A stretch of 13,601 nt of DNA from Candidatus Melainabacteria bacterium 17Bon1m (GTDB taxonomy: Bacteria; Cyanobacteriota; Vampirovibrionia; Obscuribacterales; Obscuribacteraceae): assembly GCA_032128875.1 (NCBI GenBank), contig JAVLKG010000028.1, positions 1 through 13,601 on the forward strand, written 5' to 3'. This document shows, in pieces, positions 1 to 7,983 of the stretch. Every line of letters begins with the position of its first letter. Position 1 is the stretch's first letter. A model generated the notes under the pieces. It was not told the DNA's origin and did not search any database. It saw only the letters and a program-made list of their open reading frames with translations. Made by a program: the position numbers and the translations under genes.

Positions 1-12
1 TATTTCCCGACA

Positions 13-41
13 GTTGTATGTGCGTCCAGCATCACTGTCAA
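13..41 (-). promoter_or_regulatory. Candidate sigma70 promoter pointing out of the left edge of the window
   Basis: Minus strand TTGACA (41-36), 17-nt spacer, TACAAC (18-13). The -35 is perfect but the -10 lacks the conserved final T. Confidence 0.35.
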
Positions 42-51
42 GACCATAGTA

Positions 52-75
52 AGAGGGGCGGCATTAATGCCGCCC
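52..75 (+). repeat. REP-like palindrome
   Basis: Perfect 20-bp palindrome GGGCGGCATTAATGCCGCCC (56-75) preceded by AGAG (degenerate GTAG). It is 18/20 identical to the palindrome at 9836-9855. Confidence 0.7.
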
Positions 76-98
76 GCGCGCTTCTAGGCAGCAATTGC

Positions 99-284
99 CT
101 AATCACAAAGAATGTCGCACAGGTCTTGCCACGATATTTCGTTGATGTCGGCTTCCTCCAAATCATTGAAATCAAATTCCAGATGAATTCCGAAGTCAGT
201 CATGGCATCGAATTCATCGCCCAGATTAGTAATGGTTTCAGCCGAATTAGTAATTGTTTCAGCTGAATTAGTAATGGTTTCCAA
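99..284 (-). CDS. Small, highly acidic hypothetical peptide (61 aa from TTG at 284; the ORF track extends it to 332)
   Basis: SD-like AAAGGAAG (298-291) lies 6 nt before TTG. The in-frame 21-bp tandem repeat varies mainly at synonymous positions. 17 of 61 residues are D/E and none are K/R. Confidence 0.5.
   Translation of the reverse strand: METITNSAETITNSAETITNLGDEFDAMTDFGIHLEFDFNDLEEADINEISWQDLCDILCD
225..281. repeat. 21-bp tandem repeat, about 2.7 copies (encodes ETITNSA/ETITNSA/ETITN on the minus strand)
   Basis: Units ATTAGTAATGGTTTCAGCCGA (225), ATTAGTAATTGTTTCAGCTGA (246) and ATTAGTAATGGTTTC (267). Confidence 0.9.
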
Positions 285-406
285 AATGAGCTTCCTTTGC
301 TCACAGAAAGTGAGCGAGTTTCGAATGTTCAAACACTAACCGGGCGCTTGAACCTTTTAGGAGGAAAACGAACTAAATTACGGCGCAGCCCAACGTTTTG
401 CGCGAG

Positions 407-1750
407 CTAATCCAAAGCGTTCGCGCGAGCATAACTTTCTTTCGATTTATCGGCTTCACCACTTTTGTCGTAGCATTGCCCGAGGTAAAGAAGAACGCCG
501 CGCAGCTGCGGTGCCTTAGTACCAAACTTCTTCTCTTGCAGCGCGAGCGCTCGCTCGAATTGCTTGGTCGCGCTTTCATAGTCTTCGAGCATCATGAACA
601 GATCCGCGTTGCTCTCAAGTACATCAATCATGTCGAGTAGCTCTGCGTCGCTTTTGGTAGCGAGAATCTCCTTCAACTTTCTCGCGCGGATGCGAGCGCG
701 ATCGGGATTGGAATCGTGGAAGTATGACCAGCCAAGCCATGCTAGGTCACGGTAATAGTCCTTTCCTGGGGTGCCATGTAGGCGGTTCGTGCCCGCTAAC
801 ACACGTTCGAATTGACGCGCAGCTTCTCTATATGCTGAAGACTCGTAGTAAGCTCGGCCAAGACTTTCCTCCACCCACAGAAAGCTTGGATGAAACTCGC
901 CTCGCGCCTTTGTGTAGACGGCAATACTGTCGGTTAGATACTTGATTGCATCCGGGAAATTCTTCTGCATCAAAAGCATTTCACCGACACAACTCATATC
1001 GTAAGCGACATCGAAGTGGTCGGGACCTAGACCTTTGGTATCCAGCGCGAGAGCTTCTTTGTAGAGACTCTCAGCTTCCGCGAATTTCTTTTCCCTGGTC
1101 ATCCCAAAAGCTAGTTCTCGAAGCGCAATGGCTACTGTTTCATGCACTGGTCCGTAAACCGTTCTAGCAGCTTCCAGACCGCGTTGGAAAGTCTTTTGCG
1201 CCGCAGCTTCGTTCTTCTGCTCGTTCTGCGCTTTACCCAAACCCATCAACGCAAAATGACCGCAGACGGTGTTAACTGCATCGAGCGCCTCGTATGCAGC
1301 GATTGCTCGCTCGTACGACTTCTCTGCCTCGGCATAGTTGCCTTTAGAACTCTCGTAATTAGCGTGCATCGTCTCGACCGCTGCACGCAATGCAACAGCA
1401 TACTTGCCCGAAAACACCTTCGGCAGCAAGCCGCCGCCTGTCAAAATCGTGCTTGCCCAACGATGGGAAGTGTACTGCGTCTCGCCAAAACCAAACGATG
1501 CAAATCCGAAGACAGAGACAACTAAAACCGCGAGAAGAACCTTCATCGCCACAAATGGTGCGCGCCTTTTCTTTTCGTAGCTTGGGTCAGTCGCTGGCCC
1601 GCCTGTAGGTTCGCTAGTAGGCTCGCTAGCAGCTTCGGTCACGGTTTCAGATTCAGCTTTCTTCTCCGCTTCTGCATGCGGCAAACCGGCTTGCCCATCG
1701 GGTTCGCCGGTTTGATCAGATGTTTCGTTTTTTGGAAGCGCGTCGTCCAT
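407..1750 (-). CDS. Membrane-anchored tetratricopeptide repeat (TPR) protein
   Basis: 447 aa. Acidic, low-complexity N-terminus, then KKRR and a hydrophobic helix (VLLAVLVVSVFGFASFGF). Multiple ~42-aa kinesin-light-chain-type TPR units follow, e.g. AEAESLYKEALALDTKGLGPDHFDVA and FERALALQEKKFG. It starts 18 nt after the ftsH stop. Confidence 0.85.
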   Translation of the reverse strand: MDDALPKNETSDQTGEPDGQAGLPHAEAEKKAESETVTEAASEPTSEPTGGPATDPSYEKKRRAPFVAMKVLLAVLVVSVFGFASFGFGETQYTSHRWASTILTGGGLLPKVFSGKYAVALRAAVETMHANYESSKGNYAEAEKSYERAIAAYEALDAVNTVCGHFALMGLGKAQNEQKNEAAAQKTFQRGLEAARTVYGPVHETVAIALRELAFGMTREKKFAEAESLYKEALALDTKGLGPDHFDVAYDMSCVGEMLLMQKNFPDAIKYLTDSIAVYTKARGEFHPSFLWVEESLGRAYYESSAYREAARQFERVLAGTNRLHGTPGKDYYRDLAWLGWSYFHDSNPDRARIRARKLKEILATKSDAELLDMIDVLESNADLFMMLEDYESATKQFERALALQEKKFGTKAPQLRGVLLYLGQCYDKSGEADKSKESYARANALD

Positions 1751-1768
1751 GGACGAGCCCTCAGAAGT

Positions 1769-3748
1769 CTATGCGAATTTTGGTTTGAATTCCGGTTTGA
1801 CTTCAGGGTCTTGCGGCGCTACATCAACTTCGGGCGGAGGCGGAACTTTGAGAACATCGCCACCCGAAACCGCGGTCGGAGGTGTTACCGGCGGATCATC
1901 CACTGGCGGCAAACCAGCGGCAATACGCCTGTCGACTTCCTCCATGATGGCATCCACTTCTTTTCTGTCGAGTGTTTCTTTCTCGAGCAGAACTTTTACG
2001 ATGGCATCCATGTGAGGACGGTATTTGATAAGCAAGTCTTTGACACGATCGTACTGAACGGTCACCAGCTTGCTTACTTCTTCATCGATAATCGTCGCGA
2101 TGTTTTCACCATAGTCGCGTTCGTGTCCAAAATCGCGACCAAGGAATACTTGCTCATGACGCTTACCGAAAGTCATCGGTCCGAGTCTGTCGCTCATACC
2201 AAACTCAGTCACCATGCGGCGAGCAAGTTTAGTGCACTTCTCAAGGTCATCGTGAGCGCCGGTTGTGATTTCACTGTAAACAGTTTCTTCTGCAACACGA
2301 CCACCTAGGCTGACACCGATTTGATCGATCAATTGCGAGCGCGTTTGGGTGAGGATGTCTTCTTCAGGGAAGAACATCGTCAAACCTAGTGCGAAGCCGC
2401 GCGGGATGATCGTGACTTTGTGGAGAGGATGCGCATTTTTGAGCAAGATGCACATAAGCGCGTGACCAACTTCGTGATAAGCGGTCATCGTTTTTTCTTT
2501 GACCGAGATCAGTCGAGTCTTCTTCTCAGGACCAGCAATAACCTTATCGATCGCCAGTTCCAAGTCGTTCATCTCAATTTCGCGCTTGTCAGCACGCGCT
2601 GCAATCAATGCAGCTTCGTTGATCAAGTTGGACAAATCCGCACCGGTAAAACCTGGAGTGCGTCGGGCAAGAGTCTTCAGCTCGACGTCTTTGGCAAGCG
2701 GCTTGCCGCGTCCGTGTACGTTGAGAATTTGCTCGCGACCGAGTACATCCGGACGATCGATAACAACCTGACGGTCGAAACGACCTGGTCTCAAAAGTGC
2801 CGAGTCCAAGATATCTGGGCGGTTGGTGGCAGCGATAACGATAATACCGGTCGTGCCTTCGAAGCCGTCCATCTCAACAAGCAATTGGTTGAGAGTTTGT
2901 TCGCGCTCATCGTGACCACCACCGAGACCAGCGCCACGCTGGCGACCGACGGCGTCGATTTCGTCGACGAACACAATACAAGGAGCATGCTTCTTCGCTT
3001 GATCAAAAAGATCGCGAACACGCGATGCACCAACACCTACGAACATCTCAACGAAGTCCGAACCGGAGATGCTGAAGAAGGGCACGCCAGCTTCACCGGC
3101 GACTGCCTTTGCCAGCAACGTCTTACCGGTACCAGGTGCACCTACGAGAAGAACGCCGCGCGGGATGCGAGCACCAAGCGCCTGGAATTTTTCCGGGCTC
3201 TTCAAGAAATCAACGATTTCTTGCAACTCTTGCTTCGCTTCATCGATGCCTGCAACATCGTTGAAAGAAACTTTCACCTTGTTGTCGACCATGAGCTTGG
3301 CGCGGCTGCGTCCAAAACTCATCGCCTGATTTCCGCCCGACTGCGCGCTGCGGAACATAAACAAGAATCCGACCAACAGTAAAATCGGCAGGAAGAACGA
3401 GCTTATCAATTGGAACCAGAAGCTGGATTTATCCGGCTCTTTCACATCTACCGTGACTCCGGCTGAATTCAGCTCTTTGATCAAATCTTCTTTGGCTTCC
3501 GCCGGCAAAATTACCGATCGCTCGCGATCACTTCCTGCCACCTTGAAAAAGCCAACGTTTTCGCCGTTGGTAAGGGTTGCTTTCTGAATCTGGTCAGCTT
3601 TGCCTTCCTTCAACAGATTCTGCAATTGCGAGTAAGTCAGCGGTTCTTCGCGACGGCTAATGCTCGTCAGAGAGAACACAAAGATCACCAGCACAACCAA
3701 CAAAAAGAAAACGGCCCAAGTTGTTCCGTACTTCCTCATTCCTGCCAC
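1769..3748 (-). CDS. ftsH: ATP-dependent zinc metalloprotease FtsH
   Basis: Two N-terminal TM helices, Walker A GAPGTGKT, pore motif FVEMFVG, Walker [12 protein letters not shown] ([21 protein letters not shown]) and zinc motif HEVGH. The start is GTG 3748 or ATG 3739 (GGAG upstream). Confidence 0.98.
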   Translation of the reverse strand: MAGMRKYGTTWAVFFLLVVLVIFVFSLTSISRREEPLTYSQLQNLLKEGKADQIQKATLTNGENVGFFKVAGSDRERSVILPAEAKEDLIKELNSAGVTVDVKEPDKSSFWFQLISSFFLPILLLVGFLFMFRSAQSGGNQAMSFGRSRAKLMVDNKVKVSFNDVAGIDEAKQELQEIVDFLKSPEKFQALGARIPRGVLLVGAPGTGKTLLAKAVAGEAGVPFFSISGSDFVEMFVGVGASRVRDLFDQAKKHAPCIVFVDEIDAVGRQRGAGLGGGHDEREQTLNQLLVEMDGFEGTTGIIVIAATNRPDILDSALLRPGRFDRQVVIDRPDVLGREQILNVHGRGKPLAKDVELKTLARRTPGFTGADLSNLINEAALIAARADKREIEMNDLELAIDKVIAGPEKKTRLISVKEKTMTAYHEVGHALMCILLKNAHPLHKVTIIPRGFALGLTMFFPEEDILTQTRSQLIDQIGVSLGGRVAEETVYSEITTGAHDDLEKCTKLARRMVTEFGMSDRLGPMTFGKRHEQVFLGRDFGHERDYGENIATIIDEEVSKLVTVQYDRVKDLLIKYRPHMDAIVKVLLEKETLDRKEVDAIMEEVDRRIAAGLPPVDDPPVTPPTAVSGGDVLKVPPPPEVDVAPQDPEVKPEFKPKFA

Positions 3749-3768
3749 TCCAGATACCTAATCCTCAG

Positions 3769-3777
3769 ATTATAACA
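3769..3777 (-). promoter_or_regulatory. Extended -10 promoter element for ftsH
   Basis: Minus strand TGTTATAAT is a perfect TGnTATAAT, about 20 nt upstream of the GTG start. The -35 is weak. Confidence 0.6.
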
Positions 3778-4113
3778 TGCTAAGTCTACCACCCTAAGCC
3801 TGAACCTGCCTGCCTTTCCGGTCTTTCTTAAGAGTTCGAAACCACAGGCTATCCGGCTGTTTTCGGGTTCTGCTGCGACACGCTCGCAGCGGGCTTTCGT
3901 TCTTAGTACGTCCAGTGTTTCCTATTCGTTCATCCTAACGTTTCCATTTAGGAGTTGACGGGGGTAAACCCGGATTGTGCCCTGTCAGATACATTGCAAA
4001 GAAGACAAAACGCTAAAACAATGGCGGGGATGGGCTTAACGTAAGCGCAGAAAAGATTAACTTCGCTTAACCCACATTGGATACCGCAACATATCTGCAT
4101 CTTGTCTGAGTAC

Positions 4114-4137
4114 GGGAGCCGCATGCGGCGCCCCTAC
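4114..4137 (-). repeat. GTAG-type REP palindrome just after the tilS stop codon
   Basis: Minus strand GTAG-GGGCGCCGC-AT-GCGGCTCCC (one mismatch in the stem). It is 19/20 identical to 13527-13546. Confidence 0.8.
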
Positions 4138-4140
4138 AAG

Positions 4141-5829
4141 CTAACAAAATGTCGAGTCACTAATACCAATATCCAAGAGCTTGAGAACATGCGTAGCCAA
4201 GCCGCTCACGCGAAGTTTTTCACTGATGCCAACACCTGGCACCCATAAAATTTCGTCTCCGCAGGCAAGAACGAAAGTCCTCTTTCCATCTTGCGTCTCT
4301 TCTTCACTTGGCTTGTGTGTGTGCAAATACTTTTTCAGTTTCACAAGCTCTTGCATTCCGAAAGGCTGAATACAATCGCCCGCCTGACGCTCTCTGAACA
4401 TAATTGGGCCCTTGACTTTGTCCAAACAAACTATCGCTTCGCAAGTATCTTCGGAAGGAAATTTCTTAGGCTTGCGCTCAGACCCCTCAAGCTCTTCAAC
4501 AAACAACACCTTGTTGAGCGCAGGCACGATTGTCATGCCAGGAATCCGCACGGGTAGGGGATCACCGAAAACTACCGCGTTAGCCTTAGCTCTTTCTTCT
4601 TTGTCGACAAACATCAAAATATCCCTGCCTTTCACGACGTCCCATCGATCATTCAAACTGATCGCTTTTTTGGCGGGAGCAGAATAATCGAGGCTATTCT
4701 CATTATCACTGCGCGTCATGGCGACCAGTTTTTCGACTCGTTCGAAGCTAACTTCAATGTCTCTGGACCTTAGAGCCTGAGCGAACATCCGACGCTTAAG
4801 CGGAGTCGAAAGGGAAGATAGCTTCTCCATTTGCCAGCTGTTGGCATTCCTGCCTTCGACTTCCGAAATTTTGCTTAAACACAAAGCTTTAAGCAACTCT
4901 TCATCATCCGCGATCAGCTCTCGCATGTTTTCCATACGCGACCCAAAGTCCGGAAACTCGCTCTCGATCCTGGGAATAATCTCTGCCCTGATAAAGTTGC
5001 GAGAATAGTCTAATTGAGCATTCGAAGAATCCTCACGCCAGTCGACATCGAGCTGCTTTAGAAACTTGACGATTTGCGCGCGCGAAACATCAATAAGCGG
5101 ACGCACAATCAATAGATTATTTTGCAGATTGCCCTGGTGATCGTCTTGCTGGTCATTTTGCAAACCTTTATGCCATCGCACGCACGGAATGCCTCGCAGC
5201 CCGGCAGACGCTGTTCCGCGGAAAGCGCGAAATAGCATGGTTTCAACTTGATCGCTAGACGTGTGCGCGACCGCAATAATGCGAGCGCCAACTTCCTTTG
5301 CATGTTTTTCAAAAGCTGCGTATCTAAAATCTCGCAACTCGTTTTCGCTACCTTTCATGCGAAAAGACGACGCTTGCTCATCACTCGCAACTGTTGCTAC
5401 ATAGCCAAGATGAAGCTCCTTCGCAAGTCTTTCGCAAAAGGCAGCGTCTGCATCGGATTCTTCGCCGCGCATACGGTGATTGATGTGACACAAAGTGATT
5501 GGGAAAACGCCGGCGTCCTGCGCATTGACAACCACGCTGAGCAGCAATGCAACAGAATCAGCGCCACCCGAAACGCCTACCAGCAAGGGCTCAGAAGGAG
5601 CGAACTGCAAATCATTCGCGCCACCGCTGAAGATACCGCCGGCATTTTTCGAGAGCTGCTCTTCCACGGCGTTCCAACTGTAGAATTCTCCCGCTTCGAT
5701 GTGGCGCCGCTGCTGCACGAGATCCTTCGCTAGTTCAAGTCGTTTCGAAACATTGATTACCCAAGCATGCTCCAATCCGAGAACTTTCGGATCTGCCAGT
5801 TTCGCAACTATAGGTTTCTGTTCGGTCAT
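4141..5829 (-). CDS. tilS: tRNA(Ile)-lysidine synthetase TilS
   Basis: PP-loop VGVSGGADS, HINHRMRGEESDAD, RDFRY, VAHTSSDQVETMLFR, IVRPL, WREDSSN, RNFIR, and a C-terminal TilS_C-like region (RERQAGDCIQPFG...KLKK...ILWVPG). It lies upstream of ftsH, as in many bacteria. Confidence 0.96.
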   Translation of the reverse strand: MTEQKPIVAKLADPKVLGLEHAWVINVSKRLELAKDLVQQRRHIEAGEFYSWNAVEEQLSKNAGGIFSGGANDLQFAPSEPLLVGVSGGADSVALLLSVVVNAQDAGVFPITLCHINHRMRGEESDADAAFCERLAKELHLGYVATVASDEQASSFRMKGSENELRDFRYAAFEKHAKEVGARIIAVAHTSSDQVETMLFRAFRGTASAGLRGIPCVRWHKGLQNDQQDDHQGNLQNNLLIVRPLIDVSRAQIVKFLKQLDVDWREDSSNAQLDYSRNFIRAEIIPRIESEFPDFGSRMENMRELIADDEELLKALCLSKISEVEGRNANSWQMEKLSSLSTPLKRRMFAQALRSRDIEVSFERVEKLVAMTRSDNENSLDYSAPAKKAISLNDRWDVVKGRDILMFVDKEERAKANAVVFGDPLPVRIPGMTIVPALNKVLFVEELEGSERKPKKFPSEDTCEAIVCLDKVKGPIMFRERQAGDCIQPFGMQELVKLKKYLHTHKPSEEETQDGKRTFVLACGDEILWVPGVGISEKLRVSGLATHVLKLLDIGISDSTFC

Positions 5830-6049
5830 GTTTTCCGAAAAGGAAGGTCAAAAGCCGGGAATAAAGGGTGAAACAAAGACGGGCGACTGTTCGTCAGAGT
5901 TTTTTGATTCTGCCGGTGGCTTCACTCGCTTATCGCGCCAGTCGGCACCCATGAAGCCATTCAGGTCAGTGTTTACACGAAAGACGCGCCGCGAAGTTTG
6001 AGTTATTCTAGACATTACGTCGCAATCTAATTGCCCGGAGCCAGTTTAA

Positions 6050-6901
6050 ATGAAATTCCCAAGAGCTGCCACTGTATTCGCTTCCGCGTTGTTGCTTGCG
6101 AGTATTGCCGGTTCTTATTTGCCGCTCACCCAGGCTGCCCTCGCATCCGACTGGGAGGAAGACGGCAGCAAGCCTGCTGCAGCTCCACCACCCGCAGAAA
6201 CGCCTCCTGAGCTGGAGCAACCGCGAAAAAAGAAGCGCATGAAGATGCAAACGGGACGCATTGAGGCCAATGATGGCGAATTACAGGGCTTAAAGGGGCG
6301 CACAGGAGCCGGCGACGACACTCTGAAAGGCGGCGCCGATCAAGGTGCACTGCAAGGCAACGCACAGGATGACGGCGATGCCAATCTGACTCCGATGAAA
6401 CCAACGATGCAAGGTGGTCGCCAAATCTTGCAAGGTTCGGCTATGCAATCTGATTTTGGACCGTCTGGTGACCCTGATATGGACGACCAGGAGCTGCAAG
6501 TCGAGTGGGACAAGTGGCGCAATAAATTTCTCTGGGCCGTTCAATCGGGCGTGCAAGAAGCTCTCAACAACCCTGATGATGTAGACCTGCGCTACGATCC
6601 GCGCCGAGGCATGGTGGTAGTTCGCTTCCCTCTGGGCACTGTAGCGTGGTTTCACTGCAAAATTTCAGCAGACAGACACATAGTGAGTGCAAAAATCAAG
6701 CAAACATCGGGTTTCCCAAACTTCGACCAAGCCGTCCTTCACTCGATCATGGCGCTAGAAGGGTCATCCTACTTGCGTTTCCCAAAACGCTCGCAAAGAC
6801 AATTCGTCACCCAGACAGCCGGGATTAAAACGTCTGACAGCCCAGAGCGTCAGTACTTCAAGTTCGGCGATGTTGAACGCTACCGCGTTCCGGGGCAGTA
6901 G
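6050..6901 (+). CDS. Exported protein with a C-terminal TonB/TolA-C-terminal-like domain
   Basis: Signal-like N-terminus (MKFPRAATVFASALLLASIAG...ALA) and a Pro/Gly/Gln/Asp-rich linker. The C-terminal pattern FHCKISADRHIVSAKIKQTSGFPNFDQAVLHSI resembles the TonB_C 'I..dG.i....i.. SSG...fD.aal.ai' motif. SD-like GGAG lies upstream. Confidence 0.7.
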   Translation: MKFPRAATVFASALLLASIAGSYLPLTQAALASDWEEDGSKPAAAPPPAETPPELEQPRKKKRMKMQTGRIEANDGELQGLKGRTGAGDDTLKGGADQGALQGNAQDDGDANLTPMKPTMQGGRQILQGSAMQSDFGPSGDPDMDDQELQVEWDKWRNKFLWAVQSGVQEALNNPDDVDLRYDPRRGMVVVRFPLGTVAWFHCKISADRHIVSAKIKQTSGFPNFDQAVLHSIMALEGSSYLRFPKRSQRQFVTQTAGIKTSDSPERQYFKFGDVERYRVPGQ

Positions 6902-6907
6902 TTCAGC

Positions 6908-6926
6908 CTTTCCGCCGCCGGGAAAG
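6908..6926. terminator. Possible hairpin/terminator between the convergent TonB-C-like gene and the tRNA
   Basis: CTTTCC-N7-GGAAAG inverted repeat just after the stop at 6901. There is no clear U-tract. Confidence 0.3.
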
Positions 6927-6957
6927 ACATTCAAACACTTTTCAAATTGGTAAAAAT

Positions 6958-7031
6958 TGGCACAGGAGGGAATCGAACCCTCGACCTGGCGGTTATGAGT
7001 CGCCCGCTCTAGCCGACTGAGCTACCGTGCC
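6958..7031 (-). tRNA. tRNA with CAT anticodon (elongator tRNA-Met or tRNA-Ile2; not initiator)
   Basis: Minus strand GGCACGG TA GCTC AGTCGGCTA GAGC G GGCGA CTCATAA CCGCC AGGTC GAGGG TTCGATT CCCTC CTGTGCC A forms a 74-nt cloverleaf. G1-C72 is paired and there is no GGG/CCC run in the anticodon stem, so it is not fMet. CCA is not encoded. Confidence 0.97.
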
Positions 7032-7051
7032 ACGTATTGCTCCGAACTTTG

Positions 7052-7081
7052 ATTATGCAAAGAATGCGGGTGCAGTGTCAA
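7052..7081 (-). promoter_or_regulatory. Sigma70 promoter of the tRNA
   Basis: Minus strand TTGACA (7081-7076), 18-nt spacer, CATAAT (7057-7052), 20 nt upstream of the tRNA 5' end. Confidence 0.75.
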
Positions 7082-7146
7082 GGCGGGTCAGTTCCTTTAG
7101 CGGGGAATAATTGGGATAGAAATCAGTATTAAGGAGTGTCCGAGGC

Positions 7147-7413
7147 ATGTTATTCGTATTCGAAATAATGTTCCTGGTCGTAATGGGGCTCATTGCAATC
7201 GTTACGATCGTTACCGTTGGACGTCCTCTTGCCATTGCCTATGCCGACAAAGTCAAAACAAAACATTTAGAGTTGGCAGACGAACAGTCGAAACAAATGA
7301 ATTTGCGAATTGCAGCGTTGGAAGAAGAGACGCGTGACCTGAAACGGCAAATACAATCGATTCAAGAGTCAAAAGAATTTGACGCCCGCTTGCTGGAAAA
7401 GGGCAAGGGCTAA
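7147..7413 (+). CDS. Small membrane protein (TM helix plus coiled coil), PspB-like
   Basis: 88 aa with AAGGAG (7131-7136) upstream. A hydrophobic N-terminal helix is followed by an amphipathic heptad segment ELADEQSKQMNLRIAALEEETRDLKRQIQSI. Confidence 0.75.
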   Translation: MLFVFEIMFLVVMGLIAIVTIVTVGRPLAIAYADKVKTKHLELADEQSKQMNLRIAALEEETRDLKRQIQSIQESKEFDARLLEKGKG

Positions 7414-7570
7414 GGGAAATCAGCTGGTGCGAAACGTTTTCTAGCCGGCGCGACGTATATATTAGGACCGTTTTCAATCTAGCGAAACTCTTTTACAGCA
7501 GTGCTGGAACGTCTGAAACACCGCGCGCACGCTTGCTGCATTGCTTTGCTGTCTTTTTTTCTAGACGCTT

Positions 7571-7595
7571 GGAACCTTGGAGCTGTTGCATCGTC
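7571..7595 (+). promoter_or_regulatory. Candidate ECF-sigma promoter upstream of the 87-aa gene
   Basis: GGAAC (7571-7575), 16 nt, CGTC (7592-7595), matching the common ECF pattern GGAAC-N16-CGT. Confidence 0.45.
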
Positions 7596-7661
7596 CTTCA
7601 GGCACGAACAAACGCAAAGCAAACAACACGCTCAGATTGAGCGACTGCTAAGGAGGAAACA

Positions 7662-7925
7662 ATGGCAGAGTGTATTACAGATAAAGATTCTTCTTATTGC
7701 TACATGACTGAAGAAGAACTCAAGGAAGCGAAAATGAATCGCGTAGCCCGGTTGACTGTGGTTGCTGCTGCTGCCGCATTGCTCTTCTCGTTCGTCGCGA
7801 TTTCCAATTTGAATCATGACGTCAACAAAACTTTGAACAACAAGGTCGCATCGGTTGAAAACAGACTCGAAGGTGACGTTGCACCACGATTCAAAGAAAA
7901 AGTAAGAATCGAAAATACCTACTAA
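7662..7925 (+). CDS. Small single-pass membrane hypothetical protein
   Basis: 87 aa. A strong SD AAGGAGG lies 5 nt before ATG, there is one hydrophobic segment (LTVVAAAAALLFSFVAI), and terminator-like hairpins follow. Confidence 0.75.
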   Translation: MAECITDKDSSYCYMTEEELKEAKMNRVARLTVVAAAAALLFSFVAISNLNHDVNKTLNNKVASVENRLEGDVAPRFKEKVRIENTY

Positions 7926-7949
7926 ATTCTAGGTATTGCCGAACACCAC

Positions 7950-7977
7950 TGTAGAGACGGAGCAATCCGTCACTGCA
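7950..7977 (+). repeat. GTAG-led hairpin (REP-like or RNA stem-loop)
   Basis: TGTAG-A-GACGGA-GCAA-TCCGTC-A-CTGCA gives 11 pairs with one internal mismatch and a GNRA loop. Confidence 0.5.
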
Positions 7978-7983
7978 CAAATG

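Noticed and set aside
225..281. Possible CRISPR array or iteron set
   Set aside because: The repeats are contiguous 21-bp tandem units with no unique spacers, there are no cas or rep genes, and the period is a multiple of 3 inside a plausible ORF.
2420..3382. 320-aa plus-strand ORF and other long antisense ORFs (e.g. 1676-2308, 8908-9591, 12322-12864)
   Set aside because: They are shadow ORFs opposite well-supported genes and have no recognisable motifs.
3800..3830. SRP RNA-like motif on the minus strand (AAAGACCGGAAAGGCAGGCAG)
   Set aside because: It lacks the conserved CAGG...GNRA...AGCA symmetric loop and the long flanking helix.
6930..7031. tRNA as an integration site for a genomic island
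   Set aside because: No integrase and no duplicated tRNA 3' end (att site) were seen in the window.
7430..7460. Second ECF-like motif GAAAC...CGTA
   Set aside because: The spacer is 18 nt rather than the usual 16-17.
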